Source of the DNA: Nitrospirota bacterium
Lineage (GTDB): Bacteria > Nitrospirota > UBA9217
Assembly (NCBI GenBank): GCA_963737155.1
Contig: CAVTRN010000002.1
Coordinates: forward strand, 2,848,001 to 2,912,000
DNA: 64,000 nt
Direction: 5' to 3'
Position 1 is the stretch's first letter. Each line of letters starts with the position of its first letter. The position numbers were made by a program, and so were the translations under genes. A model generated the notes under the pieces. That model did no database searches, was not told the origin of the DNA, and saw nothing but the letters and a program-made list of their open reading frames with translations. Below are positions 39,943 through 52,805 of this stretch, one piece after another.

Positions 39943-41694
39943 TCAGGATGCTGCTTTCACCCGTTTTGCTTTATTCACCCGGCAAGCATTCAGCCGCTTC
40001 ATAAGCAACTCAACGGGCAGTGCATTCAGTACATCCTTCTTCTCCACCCATCCCCTTCTTGCGACAGAAACGCCGTACGCCATGAAATCGAATTGGTTCG
40101 TCACGTGTGTGTCTGTGCTGATTACGAGAGGAACGCCGTATCTGAGCGCCATCTTAATATGCAGGTCGTTGAGATCCAGCCTCAGGGGATTGGCATTAAT
40201 CTCCATGGCCACGTCGTATTTTGCCGCTTCTTTTAGTACTATGTCCATGTCAACGGAATAGGCCTCCCGCTCGCCAATCAGCCTGCCTGTAGGATGGGCG
40301 ATCACGCTTACAAAAGGATTGCGGATCGCCGAAATGATCCTCTTCGTTACCTGCTCCTGCGTCTGTTTGAAGCCGGAATGTATCGCAGCCACGACAATGT
40401 CAAGCGCAGAAATCGCTCTATCCGGCAGATCGAGTCTGCCATCGGAGCGGATATCGATCTCTGTGCCCTTGAGGATCCTGAACCCCGTAAGCTTGGCATT
40501 AACATTGTCAATAACTCTGATCTCCTCAGCAAGACGATTTTCATCAAGGCCATGGGCGACCCCGAGGCCTTTGGTATGATCGGTTATTGCAATATACTGG
40601 TAACCCTTCTTTCTCGCAGCCTCCACGATCGTACCAAGGTCATGACTTCCATCGGACCACCGCGTATGTATATGCAGATCACCCCTGATGTCGTCCGGAG
40701 TAACCAGATGGGGCAGCTTCCCTTCCCGCGCCGCTTCTATTTCGCCGGTATCCTCGCGGAGCTCTGGCGGAATATAGGGTAGCTTGAGGGCCCTGTACAC
40801 CTCTTCTTCTTCTTTTCCGCCTTTTCTCCTCCCTCCCGGCTCCGTAAATATGCCGTATTCGTTGATTTTCAGCCCGGCTCGCACCGCCATTTCACGGAGC
40901 TTGATATTGTGCTGTTTACTCCCCGTGAAGTACTGGAGCGCCGCACCGAAGGATTCTTCTTCAACAACTCGCAAGTCCACCTGGATGCCGTCCTCGGTGA
41001 CGACCGATGATTTGGTATCTCCATGCATCAACACTCTGCTCACATTCGGGAGCTTCAAGAAAACCTCCATGACTTTTTCAGGTTTCTTTGATGTGGTTAG
41101 TATGTCAATGTCCTTTACTGTTTCTTTCCACCGCCTGATGCTTCCGGCGACCTCTATCCGGTCCACGGGGGCGCCGTCTTTCATCCTCCTAACCATGTCC
41201 TCGGCAAGCGTCAGCACTCTTCCGAGCAGACGCCGCTCTGTTCCTCGTTTTAGGAGTTCAATTCCCTGAAGAATGTTGTCTTCCGTCTTCTTCTGGATTC
41301 CTGGAAGTCCTGAGAGTTTGCCCTGGCGTATGGCCGTCTCAAGCTCAACGATACTTTTCACTTTTATCTTTTCATGCAGCATCTTAGCTTTTTTGGGGCC
41401 TAACCCGGGAACGGACAAAAGCTCCAGAACACCTTCAGGTATTTCCTTTTTCAACTCTTCGAACTTTGCAATCCCACCTGTTTCAATATATTCGCGGATC
41501 TTAGCGGTGAGGTCTTTGCCGATCCCGGGGATGGATTCCAGTTCTTCCCGAGAGAGCCCTGATACATCCTTTGATAGGCTATCGAGGTTTTGCGCAGCCC
41601 GCCGGTAAGCCCTTATGCGGAACATATTCTCGCCCTTCAATTCAAGAAGTTCGGCGATCTCGCTAAAAATTTTAGCTATCTGCTGGTTTTTCAT
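39943..41694 (-). CDS. polX: DNA polymerase X with C-terminal PHP domain
   Basis: FRIRAYRRAA, HhH motifs, AGSIRRWKETVKDIDIL, YFTGSK; PHP motifs DLHIHT, ITDH, AHPTGR, TDTH. Confidence 0.93.
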   Translation of the reverse strand: MKNQQIAKIFSEIAELLELKGENMFRIRAYRRAAQNLDSLSKDVSGLSREELESIPGIGKDLTAKIREYIETGGIAKFEELKKEIPEGVLELLSVPGLGPKKAKMLHEKIKVKSIVELETAIRQGKLSGLPGIQKKTEDNILQGIELLKRGTERRLLGRVLTLAEDMVRRMKDGAPVDRIEVAGSIRRWKETVKDIDILTTSKKPEKVMEVFLKLPNVSRVLMHGDTKSSVVTEDGIQVDLRVVEEESFGAALQYFTGSKQHNIKLREMAVRAGLKINEYGIFTEPGGRRKGGKEEEEVYRALKLPYIPPELREDTGEIEAAREGKLPHLVTPDDIRGDLHIHTRWSDGSHDLGTIVEAARKKGYQYIAITDHTKGLGVAHGLDENRLAEEIRVIDNVNAKLTGFRILKGTEIDIRSDGRLDLPDRAISALDIVVAAIHSGFKQTQEQVTKRIISAIRNPFVSVIAHPTGRLIGEREAYSVDMDIVLKEAAKYDVAMEINANPLRLDLNDLHIKMALRYGVPLVISTDTHVTNQFDFMAYGVSVARRGWVEKKDVLNALPVELLMKRLNACRVNKAKRVKAAS

Positions 41695-41852
41695 GAGCAA
41701 CCTCTGTCGGTCTGCAACCACGCATCAATTTGCCCATTAAAAAAGACGTTCTTCTTATTTAATTCTAACACCAGAAAAATGAAAAAACCGAAGATCCTTC
41801 ACTCCGGCTACTTCTTTTTTTTTCCGCAATCTTAGCGTCTCTGCGTAAAAAT

Positions 41853-42420
41853 GTGACGGGATCATCCCTGCCTGTGCACTTGTCCACAATCGCAATACTG
41901 TAGAACCGCGAAGTCGCCACGGACACAGCCTGCGTTCCTACCGCGCGAGACCAGTTTGATTCAACAACGTGTCGTCTCGGATCGCAAAACAGTGTCGCGA
42001 TGTCATACAGCTCTCCGGCACATTGAGTTAGACCAGGCGGTCACCTTACATATTGGTCACGTCCCTGATCACGAACTTGAATCCCGTTGCCAATTTGGGA
42101 TAAAGCATGAATCCCGACGTATTCATAGCATCTGCAAAAACAAGGTAAACCGTTAAATTATACGCGCCAGGGCCGATCCTGTCCACTACGAGGAACAGAA
42201 CAGCTCGCCGTCCTGCTCCTCACATACTATTTCCGTGAGGCCGCAGACCCCATGCCGTGAACATTGCCCGAGGAAAGGCGTCTTTGAGAAGATACTGTCT
42301 CGCGCCGTAGATGCCCTGCAACTTTTCCACTTCGGTCCCGGCAAGAAAGGCGTCCCAAGCAAGCATGTGCACCTGCACGTTCCCCCTCTTGATCCGATCT
42401 GGTGTCAACAGAAACACTGG
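41853..42420 (-). pseudogene. Heavily decayed fructose-1,6-bisphosphate aldolase/phosphatase (FBPase class V)
   Basis: Pieces across frames: HMLAWDAFLAGTEVEKLQGIYGARQYLLKDAF, GNVHGMG, GPGAYNLTVYLVFADAMNTSG, GFKFVIRDV, YDIATL, TGRDDPV. Several stops and indels. Confidence 0.85.
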
Positions 42421-42492
42421 CCCTGGGATAGATGACCAGGTAATCGGATCCCTGTGCATGGTTTTTTAAAAATTACACGCCTGGAGAGAGCG

Positions 42493-44217
42493 TCACGCGG
42501 CGGAAGCAATCTTCCAGATCACCTCAAAATTGCAGATGATGATATCCAGATCGCCCGAGTAATCTTTCATGATCTCGCCTTTGGCATCCAGCGCTAGTAG
42601 CAGGTCGTTTGCTTTCAAAAGCGATCCATCATATCCGGCATCCCGCAAACGGGTGATGACCTTTTTCAGGAACATTCTGCATTGTGCTTCGTCGATGATC
42701 TTTTTACGCACGGCTTTTGCAAGATCGACGGGCTTAAGCAGGACATCACCCTGCTTCGATACCCAATCATCGGGACCGTTGTAGTACCCGCGTATGGTTA
42801 TGTAGTTGTGCTCGGCGGCCAGGACCGGATTGCCATCGGGATCGACTATCTCCCGGTGGGACTGGTACTTCCGGGAGTCGGCAGATATTTCGATCTTCAG
42901 ACTGCCGGTTACGTAGATTGCCCGTACATAAGCGGTATGGATCCCCATCTCATTCAGTGTCTGCGAAATAGCGAACTCCTCGAAGGGACTATTTATGCCG
43001 TACTTTCTGATCTTTTCTATCTCCTCGACGTTATACTTCTTGCCAATGGGAATCTCGCCCACCCTTGATGTTTCCCATACCAGATGGATGTTGTCCTTCG
43101 TGACCGTGTAATACACTTCATTGTCGTCAGACAGGCTCAGGCAAGGCGTCTTCCGCCAGCGCTCCGGGAGGAAATAATCGAACAGGCGCCCGTTCCGGCC
43201 TACAACCCACATGCGGCCGCCCGTGCTTTCCGCGCGGCCAAATATGTACGGCACCCCGAGGATTTCCATATGGTTCAGGTGCGAAGGCAGGGGCGTAGGG
43301 TTGAGCCGGTCCCGCATGTCGTCAAGATAGGAATGCCGCCTCGATGCCTTGACTCGGTCTTCGTGTTCAGGTGTCCGAAATAGTAGCTCATAATCGATGA
43401 TGGAATATTTGCCTACATCCAGCAGATGATAGACCGAGTCTACTTGTTTCCGCGCCGCTTCTGCATCCCCGTTCGCACCCGCCTGTTTGATGCGCTCGCA
43501 GTCTTCCTCGTCAAGGATAACATGCTCGGGTTTCATGTCGGCCATGAGGTACCCTTTTTTGCTCAAGTCGTCGAAAGCTTTTTTCTGCATGGTCTGTAGG
43601 TGATACACAAGGTCGGGCATTTCAATTCTAATATGCTCGAAGATCTCCACAAGATTTTTACCGCAGATCCACTCGTAGATGAGTTTGTACTGCTTGAGGA
43701 TATCGATGTCGATGCCGGGATGACGGGCGCGAATGCGGTTGATCTTTGCCCGAGATCGCCCGCTCTGCCACAATTGCATTTTCTGTGGCGGAACATAAAT
43801 TGCCAGGGGCCGCTGCGCCCTTATCCATTCAAGCCGCTGGCCTACCTGTTTGTCGGCCATCTCCATAACCAGGGCGAATTCCTCCCAGGGGCTATTGAAT
43901 TCAGCGCTGACAAATTCCTCAAGTGTGTGGGTGTTGAGGGGTACATCCTCCCCTACACGGCAATTCTTGACCACCAGATCCAGGCTGGTGCCGTTCACAC
44001 GCCTCGTCGGTACGCGGTACACCGAGCTGGTCCCCAACAACCTGACTCGATGCTTCGCGAACCAGGTTTCTTCATACCAGTTTTTAATTTCGAGCTGTTC
44101 CTGATGGGGTTCGGCGAACCGTGTGAAATACAGATCGCCGCAATCCTCAGTTTTGGTGTGAAGATACACTACTCCCAAAACATTCACCAGGGCTTTATGT
44201 TGAGCTGTCTTTTGCAT
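42493..44217 (-). CDS. Uncharacterised protein with two tandem protein-kinase-like domains
   Basis: Internal repeat (NSPWEEFA/NSPFEEFA; RVGEDVP/RVGEIP). Domain 1 has LVVK, DMKPEH and IIDYE. Confidence 0.75.
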   Translation of the reverse strand: MQKTAQHKALVNVLGVVYLHTKTEDCGDLYFTRFAEPHQEQLEIKNWYEETWFAKHRVRLLGTSSVYRVPTRRVNGTSLDLVVKNCRVGEDVPLNTHTLEEFVSAEFNSPWEEFALVMEMADKQVGQRLEWIRAQRPLAIYVPPQKMQLWQSGRSRAKINRIRARHPGIDIDILKQYKLIYEWICGKNLVEIFEHIRIEMPDLVYHLQTMQKKAFDDLSKKGYLMADMKPEHVILDEEDCERIKQAGANGDAEAARKQVDSVYHLLDVGKYSIIDYELLFRTPEHEDRVKASRRHSYLDDMRDRLNPTPLPSHLNHMEILGVPYIFGRAESTGGRMWVVGRNGRLFDYFLPERWRKTPCLSLSDDNEVYYTVTKDNIHLVWETSRVGEIPIGKKYNVEEIEKIRKYGINSPFEEFAISQTLNEMGIHTAYVRAIYVTGSLKIEISADSRKYQSHREIVDPDGNPVLAAEHNYITIRGYYNGPDDWVSKQGDVLLKPVDLAKAVRKKIIDEAQCRMFLKKVITRLRDAGYDGSLLKANDLLLALDAKGEIMKDYSGDLDIIICNFEVIWKIASAA

Positions 44218-44530
44218 GTCCTTCCCGTTTCTCAGAGCAAACATCCGCTCGCAGAATAAAATCTATCCTCTCTGCCGGGTTTCCCGCCCCATAATTTCAC
44301 AAAGCTTACTTGTATAACAATTTTTTCTGATTCGTGCACAATCACGACCATAGCGTCTCAAACGCTATGGTCGTTTTTTGTTTGCATTCCCAGCGCATTC
44401 TGGACCCTCGCGCAAGCCGTATGTCGCTCACTAACACATAGTACGCACAGGTATGCCGGGTGTCAACATGATTTGCCAATGGAGTGAACAGGTGAGAAAC
44501 TGCTAAAAACTCATCGGGTTTTAAGGAAAC

Positions 44531-44560
44531 ATGCTCCCTTCCTTGGACGGAAGGGAGCAT
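44531..44560. terminator. Stem-loop downstream of pckG
   Basis: ATGCTCCCTTCC-TTGGAC-GGAAGGGAGCAT perfect 12-bp stem. Confidence 0.65.
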
Positions 44561-44600
44561 GATAGATATAAACGGCGCCTTTGCAGATGAAGAACGAAGT

Positions 44601-46388
44601 TCATTCCAGTCTCTTTTTAAACTCCTCAAACTGTTTCCGAAGCCTCTCCGGAATCCGGCTGCCGAACTGTGCAAAGTGCCGTTCAATATCCGGGAGTTCT
44701 GCTTTCCATGCCGCGAGATCCACGTCCATAAGTGCTTTCATGTTTGCAGCAGAAATATCAAGACCCTCGAGATCGAAATCGCCATCCTTCGGCATAAGGC
44801 CGATCGGTGTTTCCCGAGCACCGATCTTCCCATCCACGCGTTCGCACATCCACTTGAGCACCCGGCTATTCTCGCCAAACCCAGGCCACAGGAACCTACC
44901 CTCCGCGCTCTTCCGGAACCAGTTCACATAAAAAATTCTCGGGGCTTTGACGTTCAAACGCTCTCCCATACCGAACCAGTGCTGGAAATAGTCGCCCATG
45001 TGGTAACCGCAAAACGGCTTCATGGCAAAAGGATCTCGTCTCAGGTTGCCAATAGCTCCGATGTTCGCCGAAGTGGTCTCCGACGCAGCAGTCGCCCCGA
45101 GGAACACGCCGTGGTCCCAGGAATATGACTCAAAGACAAGCGGCACCACACCGCTGCGCCGGCCACCGAAGATGAAGATGTCGATCGGCACGCCCTCGGG
45201 GTTCTCCCGATCCTGGTAGATGACAGGGCACCGCGATACGGGTGCCGTGAATCGGGCGTTCGCATGCGCAGCATCCTCTTTTTTCTCAGGCGTCCAGTCG
45301 CGGCCTTTCCAGTCAATTGCATGCGCAGGCGCTTCCTCGGTCATGCCCTCCCACCAGACATCGCCATCATCGGTGAGCGCGCAATTCGTAAAAATGATGT
45401 CACCCTTCAGCGTGTCCATGGCCATGGGGTTCGTATCATAGGACGTGCCCGGTGCTACGCCGAAGAACCCGCTCTCCGGGTTGATAGCATGGAGTCTGCC
45501 ATCTCCCCGGATCTTCATCCAGGCGATGTCGTCGCCGATGCACTCGCACTTCCATCCCTTGATCGACGGCTGCATCATGGCTAGGTTTGTCTTGCCGCAG
45601 GCCGAGGGGAATGCGGCGGCAATATGATAATGCTTTCCTTCCGGGCTGGTCAGGCGGAGGATCAGCATGTGCTCTGCCATCCAGCCTTCCTTCCTCGCAA
45701 TGTTCGAGGCGATGCGGAGTGCGAGGCATTTCTTCCCAAGCAGCGCATTGCCACCGTAGCCTGACCCGTAGGACCAGATCAGATTTTCTTCCGGGAAATG
45801 GCTTATGTACTTCTGCTCGATCGGGGCGCAAGGCCACGTGGTATCCGTCTGCCCAGGGGGAAGAGGGGCTCCGATAGAATGGAGACAAGGGATGAACTCG
45901 CCGTTCGTGCCCAGCACTTCCAATATCGTCGAACCGACCCGGGTCATAATGTGCATGTTGCAGACTACATAGGGGCTATCAGTCAGTTCGACGCCGATTT
46001 TTGAGATCGGAGACCCAATGGGTCCCATGGAGAATGGGATCACATACATCGTACGACCTTTCATGCAACCTTGGTACAAGCCACGCATGGTCTTCTTCAG
46101 TTCATCGGTATGGACCCAATTGTTCGTGGGGCCAGCCTCTTCCTGGGAATGGGTGCTAATGTAGGTGCGGTCTTCCACGCGGGCCACATCGCTAGGATCG
46201 GTGCGGAAGAGAAAGCTGTCGGGCCGCTTTTTGACCGGGATAGCCATACCGTGTTCCCGCATGAGCGACATTGTCCGATCGTACTCCTGCCGCGAACCGT
46301 CGCACCAGTACACTTTGTCAGGTCGGCACATCTCAACAACTTCATTCACCCATTTATTTAACTTCTCGTTCTGTGGTCTGCTTTTCAT
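44601..46388 (-). CDS. pckG: Phosphoenolpyruvate carboxykinase (GTP)
   Basis: [51 protein letters not shown]. Confidence 0.96.
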   Translation of the reverse strand: MKSRPQNEKLNKWVNEVVEMCRPDKVYWCDGSRQEYDRTMSLMREHGMAIPVKKRPDSFLFRTDPSDVARVEDRTYISTHSQEEAGPTNNWVHTDELKKTMRGLYQGCMKGRTMYVIPFSMGPIGSPISKIGVELTDSPYVVCNMHIMTRVGSTILEVLGTNGEFIPCLHSIGAPLPPGQTDTTWPCAPIEQKYISHFPEENLIWSYGSGYGGNALLGKKCLALRIASNIARKEGWMAEHMLILRLTSPEGKHYHIAAAFPSACGKTNLAMMQPSIKGWKCECIGDDIAWMKIRGDGRLHAINPESGFFGVAPGTSYDTNPMAMDTLKGDIIFTNCALTDDGDVWWEGMTEEAPAHAIDWKGRDWTPEKKEDAAHANARFTAPVSRCPVIYQDRENPEGVPIDIFIFGGRRSGVVPLVFESYSWDHGVFLGATAASETTSANIGAIGNLRRDPFAMKPFCGYHMGDYFQHWFGMGERLNVKAPRIFYVNWFRKSAEGRFLWPGFGENSRVLKWMCERVDGKIGARETPIGLMPKDGDFDLEGLDISAANMKALMDVDLAAWKAELPDIERHFAQFGSRIPERLRKQFEEFKKRLE

Positions 46389-46568
46389 TGCCAAATCTCC
46401 TTGGTCCCCTCTCCGCCTTCACCACGTTCCGCATAAGCACTCAATCACCTGATCCTGGTGAGGACGATGAACCTGTATCCTGTCTCATTGCACTAAGCGG
46501 CTAGATGTTTTCTCCCCGGCGAAGTGATCACATAATCAGCCGGGAAAATTAAAGAGACAACGATTGAT

Positions 46569-46599
46569 AAAAAAAGCCCCGTGCCAAGCACGGGGCTTT
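46569..46599 (-). terminator. Intrinsic terminator
   Basis: Minus strand AAAGCCCCGTGC-TTG-GCACGGGGC then T7. Confidence 0.85.
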
Positions 46600-46627
46600 C
46601 ACTTCACTTTTTCATGGAACCTTCAAA

Positions 46628-47383
46628 TCACTTTTGGACGCTTGCCTGTTCCATGATAACTCCGAATTTATATCCGGCGCCAAAATCCTTGTCTTTGTAA
46701 ACCGTACCCTTGACCGTTACAACCTCTCCTACTTCCGGAGAATCCTGGGAAGTTGCGATGATATCGTTCGTCCCCTCCGATTTATTGCCCGTCCCGTCCT
46801 CGAGGTGTATCCAGTTTTTACCCATAATCCCTGATGATACTTTCACAACCTTGCCCCGGATGATGACCTGTTTTTCGCTCAAGGATGCCTTCTTTTCGTA
46901 AATTTCTGCTACCGTGTAGGCATCCTTGCCTTTAGCCTTTGCCACACTTATCTTTTGGCCGCTCGATGCAGCGGAACCGCCATGGATTGCCTGCGAACTT
47001 TTTTTCTCGTTGTCTGTTGATGCGTTCAGGGGACCACCGGAGAAATAAATGCTCTTGAATGTCCGATTGAGCGATTTACTGGTGAAATCCGTCATTTCCC
47101 CACCAGGTTGAAACGCTATTTCCTGCCCAACAGTCACCTTTGTTTGCGGAACAGCAACCCAAGTTTTTACGCCCTTCTTTTCAATGCAGACATAGGTATA
47201 TCCGCCTGCGTTCATCGTTTCAACTACTTTTCCCGAGAGAACTACCAGGCCATCGTCCCTTCCGCTACTATCGCTTTGCGACGCTGGTGCGGATGTTTCC
47301 GTTGCACTCACAGCACTGGCGGAAAAGAGTAATATTATCGCAAGAATTGAAAAAACTGCTGAAGCATAAGACCCTCGTTTCAT
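46628..47383 (-). CDS. Exported NrfJ-like / OB-fold protein
   Basis: Signal peptide; GKVVETMNAGGYTY..WVAVP domain; C-terminal GIMGKNWIHLEDG..KDFGAGY. Confidence 0.75.
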   Translation of the reverse strand: MKRGSYASAVFSILAIILLFSASAVSATETSAPASQSDSSGRDDGLVVLSGKVVETMNAGGYTYVCIEKKGVKTWVAVPQTKVTVGQEIAFQPGGEMTDFTSKSLNRTFKSIYFSGGPLNASTDNEKKSSQAIHGGSAASSGQKISVAKAKGKDAYTVAEIYEKKASLSEKQVIIRGKVVKVSSGIMGKNWIHLEDGTGNKSEGTNDIIATSQDSPEVGEVVTVKGTVYKDKDFGAGYKFGVIMEQASVQK

Positions 47384-47566
47384 TTTTGTTCTCCTCTATT
47401 GGATTATCCTGCAAGACAATAATTAATTATGGAACTAGCACCGAAATCGCGCCCCTACTGCAGAGAACCGGGACGATATCCGATGCTGACCCCAAAATTT
47501 TACAGCTTTTATGTAATTATAGCAAGCCTTTTTTGCGAATATCCCAGGATAAAACTAAAGGGAGGA

Positions 47567-48697
47567 TCATGATGATTTATAAAACAAATCATGTTTTACT
47601 CCGCGGCTGATGAGATAACTGATGACCTCGGCGGGTTTGAAATAGATCCGGAGCTTCCATGCGTTTTTCTTGGTTTTGCTGAAAACACGCTCATCGAGCG
47701 AATCAATGAAACGCAGCATCTCGTCGCACTCTTCATCGGTAAAATCATAGGGACCCGTCTTTGCCCCTGCAGCAAGGGAGCCCCTTCCCGAGATACGATC
47801 GACCACACTCCGGACGGCCGCGAAATACCCCTCTCCCTCGGGGAGATTGAAAAACCTCGGGACATTCAAGAGGTGGTTCGTGAGTTCCCGCGCTTCGGGA
47901 AGGTCTCCGACATGTTCGAGTGTAATGCCGAGTTTCTCCGTGCACAGCGTGATTAGATTTTTGACGAGAACATGGGTCCGGCCCTCGGGTGCCCTGTTGA
48001 TGATGAGGGCGGGCGAGAAGGAAGCTTCGATTTCATCGATAAGCGGCAGCAAGTCGGGTGCGACATTGGGGAGCGTCTTCCGGAACCACTCTAGCGTAAA
48101 CCGTTTTTCGCCTCCCGCGTTTTTTGCCTCGACTTCAAGAAGCGCGGCAACATCTGCATTATTCTTGAAGATATTCTGCATTTTCCGAAACAGGGCGCCT
48201 TTCACAAAACTATAGGCATTCATCACCGCCCCCGGCTCCGGAGCCGTAATCACCACGCCGCGGTCGGAAATGCCGAAGAAATCGAGGGTATTGAAATGCA
48301 CACCCGCACCAAGATCGATTATGATATAATCCGCCGGCACCGCCCGCAGATGTCGCATCAGTTTCAGTTTCATCCAGTGCGCAGGGCTGGTTATGCCCGG
48401 GACAAACTCAGCGCCACTGATCAGCCCGAGGTTCCGCTCCGGCGTCTCTACAATGAGGCTTTCAAGCGAAGATGCTTTATTAATAATGAAGTCGGCAATT
48501 GTTGGAGTCTGGCCCCGGATGCCGAGATAGGTATGCAGGTTTGCCGCTCCGAGGTCAAGGTCCGCGAGAACTACGCTTTTGCCACTCCGGGCAAGGACCG
48601 TTCCAAGGCCGATCGACAGAATGCTCTTCCCTACCCCGCCCTTACCTCCGCCTACGGCAATTATGGTCCCCGTTTTCCGACTCCTTTGCACGAACAC
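47567..48697 (-). CDS. MinD/ParA-family (FlhG/FleN-like) ATPase
   Basis: Deviant Walker A GKGGVGKS, DLDLGAANL, IIDLGAG, PEPGAVMNAY. Confidence 0.88.
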   Translation of the reverse strand: MFVQRSRKTGTIIAVGGGKGGVGKSILSIGLGTVLARSGKSVVLADLDLGAANLHTYLGIRGQTPTIADFIINKASSLESLIVETPERNLGLISGAEFVPGITSPAHWMKLKLMRHLRAVPADYIIIDLGAGVHFNTLDFFGISDRGVVITAPEPGAVMNAYSFVKGALFRKMQNIFKNNADVAALLEVEAKNAGGEKRFTLEWFRKTLPNVAPDLLPLIDEIEASFSPALIINRAPEGRTHVLVKNLITLCTEKLGITLEHVGDLPEARELTNHLLNVPRFFNLPEGEGYFAAVRSVVDRISGRGSLAAGAKTGPYDFTDEECDEMLRFIDSLDERVFSKTKKNAWKLRIYFKPAEVISYLISRGVKHDLFYKSS

Positions 48698-48874
48698 ACT
48701 GTATCAGGTTTTCGAGAAACTGTAAAGATGGAGGGTCGTCTTGAATAAGATCGGGAGAGACGGAGAATATAGCAATACGAATTGAAGCAGGGGCTCACTC
48801 ACCTCACCAAAAACCCCTCACAGGATACATCACCAAATCCTTCTGCTGGAATGAAACAAAAAAACTAGCTACCC

Positions 48875-49141
48875 CTACAGAACGCATTTCTGCTTCACTA
48901 GCTCCTTTGACCTCCCCAAGCCTTGCAGCAATTCCCGCAGGTTTTCGATCTGTCGCGCATCCTCAAGTGGATTCTTCCCGTGCAATTGTTCCGCAACCAA
49001 CAGGAGCGCCTCAATATTTCTACTCCACGCTGCAAGCAGTTTTTCCATGCTGCTGCAATATGCCTCAAGATCCATATGCGCTGCCTCTCTCATCACAATA
49101 CCCTCCTCTCCACAACTGCCTTCCCCTGCCAAACAGCCCAA
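48875..49141 (-). CDS. Small hypothetical helical protein (start uncertain)
   Basis: Amphipathic helical ORF co-oriented directly behind the SRPBCC gene. Confidence 0.45.
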   Translation of the reverse strand: MGCLAGEGSCGEEGIVMREAAHMDLEAYCSSMEKLLAAWSRNIEALLLVAEQLHGKNPLEDARQIENLRELLQGLGRSKELVKQKCVL

Positions 49142-49173
49142 CGTTGCGCACTATCTGTGAGAGGGATGGCGAT

Positions 49174-49596
49174 TTACGCTGCCCGTTTGGACGATTTCTT
49201 CGCATCGCCCAGCAGATATTCCCGCCAAGGTTTCCAGTAGTATTTCGTCCATCCCTCTTTCACGCCTTCATAGTCGCTGTCAGCCACGTTGACGTGGACC
49301 AAGTCTATCCTGCCAGCGTTGCCTTCAGGTCGAAATGTCAGAATGAGGATGGAGTCGATGTCCTCCTTTTTCCAGTGGCTGCCGCGCCAGGACTGGACTA
49401 TCATGTGTTTCGGCACCACATGAAGCATTTTCCCCAAGATCATTCCGTTAAAAGCCCTGAACCTCGAACCCTCTTTTGAGCTTATAGATACCGGTCCGCC
49501 CGTAATGGTTGCATGTTTTTTCGCGCTAAGGTACATCTCAAACAGTTTCTCCGCTGGCGCCGGAAGCGTTACAGTCTGTTCAATTGTTTTTGGCAT
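49174..49596 (-). CDS. SRPBCC/AHSA1-domain protein
   Basis: IEQTVTL, IVQSWRG, LVHVNV, EGWTKYYW; RBS AAGGAGG. Confidence 0.88.
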   Translation of the reverse strand: MPKTIEQTVTLPAPAEKLFEMYLSAKKHATITGGPVSISSKEGSRFRAFNGMILGKMLHVVPKHMIVQSWRGSHWKKEDIDSILILTFRPEGNAGRIDLVHVNVADSDYEGVKEGWTKYYWKPWREYLLGDAKKSSKRAA

Positions 49597-49811
49597 CTCG
49601 TTCCTCCTTTCAATAAAAAACCGCCCCCTCCGAATTCTCCATCCTTCGACTGCCCAGCTGTCCTCCGTTAAGATCCATTGCTTTCCGTCCCCTCCTCGCG
49701 AAGGGTTTGGCATTTTCGCGATAATTCTAATTCTGATTTAACAGTAACACCACCCCATCCGACTGTCAAGAAACCGCTCCGGTTTATGCGGGACTTCTGA
49801 ACCTCCTGCCG

Positions 49812-50247
49812 TTATCTCCAGGCTTCGAGTATTGCCCCAATGACCCGGAAACCCGCCAAGTGATGGCTGGCCCGTATTAGAAAAAGATCTTAGATGAGGC
49901 TCTGGTGCTTGCCGCTAAACAGCGCATCTCTGAGTGCAAATGGATATTAGAAGCCCATCCAGACCCAAAAGGCGATATTTAACCCGCCTCTTGCACTCTC
50001 GACGCTCAGCCGCCTGTCATACCGATCAAAATATACACTCCGACAAACGTGCCAATGAACATGACAAGCTAATAAATTCGGGAATCTTTGCGCATCTGGT
50101 CGAGCGTCACCTTATCAAGCATGTCGACGCCGATAATCTTGAACCACGCTTTTCCAAACAGCAGGGGAAAATCCCAGACAGCACCAACAGCTATGGCGGC
50201 TATTGCGGCGAAACAGCACCATAATTGATTGGAATCAGCACAACCAT
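49812..50247 (-). pseudogene. DUF1761 membrane protein, decayed
   Basis: PINYGAV-AAIAAIAVGAVWDFPLLFGKAWFKIIG ... LFLIRASHHLAGFRVIGAILEAWR*, with internal stops and frameshifts. Confidence 0.75.
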
Positions 50248-50484
50248 CACCCCCCTTCCAGGGGGCAACCCAATGCTGCTCATTCCTACGCTATAACTCA
50301 ACCTTATCTGAAGATTATCGTTGTCAAGAGACCCCTGCCGATCCCCTTGCAGACATTATTCAATTGACAAAGCAACACCATAAGTGGTATAAAACCCAGC
50401 TTTGCACAATAACTGTGTATGGTGTGGAAAGAGAAGGAACTTAGTTCTGATACTTCTCAGCCCCAGCAATATGAGGATGCTGTC

Positions 50485-52305
<1,821 letters not shown>

Positions 52306-52504
52306 GTATCCCTCTTTATCCTCGCAGGAACATAAATCCGGTGGCCATCCTTCCGGGCTTTTGGCGGCTTGAACGATCTGACGAAATAAAAGACAGGAAA
52401 GCCGTTACCGTCCATCGGTGTCCACTATTGTTTGCACTCAACGGTCCTGCCTTATTTCATACTGTTGGCAAGGCGTTATCTACGGGCCACTTGCCGCCGG
52501 GCTT

Positions 52505-52681
52505 GATCATGAGCTCCAACATGTAGAAGTCTTTCAAGAACCCCAAACTGGCTCACAGTCAGTTTGGGGGGGCGAAATAGGCTTCCACCCGGCTGGTAAC
52601 CGATCCAGCGGCCCTCACCAGCTTGATAAACGCATTCAGCGCCCGTATTTCCTCTCCTGAACCTTTATACCGGGTTCCCAT
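52505..52681 (-). pseudogene. Truncated MarR-family regulator
   Basis: MGTRYKGSGEEIRALNAFIKLVRAAGSV..., frameshift in a C7 run, then LTVSQFGVLERLLHVG; remainder missing. Confidence 0.75.
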
Positions 52682-52805
52682 AATAATTTAATCCTTAATA
52701 TTTTAGCCTCCTCCGCTGAATCTGTGGATATTTTTTAGATTACGATTCCGTATTTGTTCTGTAATTACGCGTGATTGCAAGTTCTCATCACTAGCGAATA
52801 GGCTA

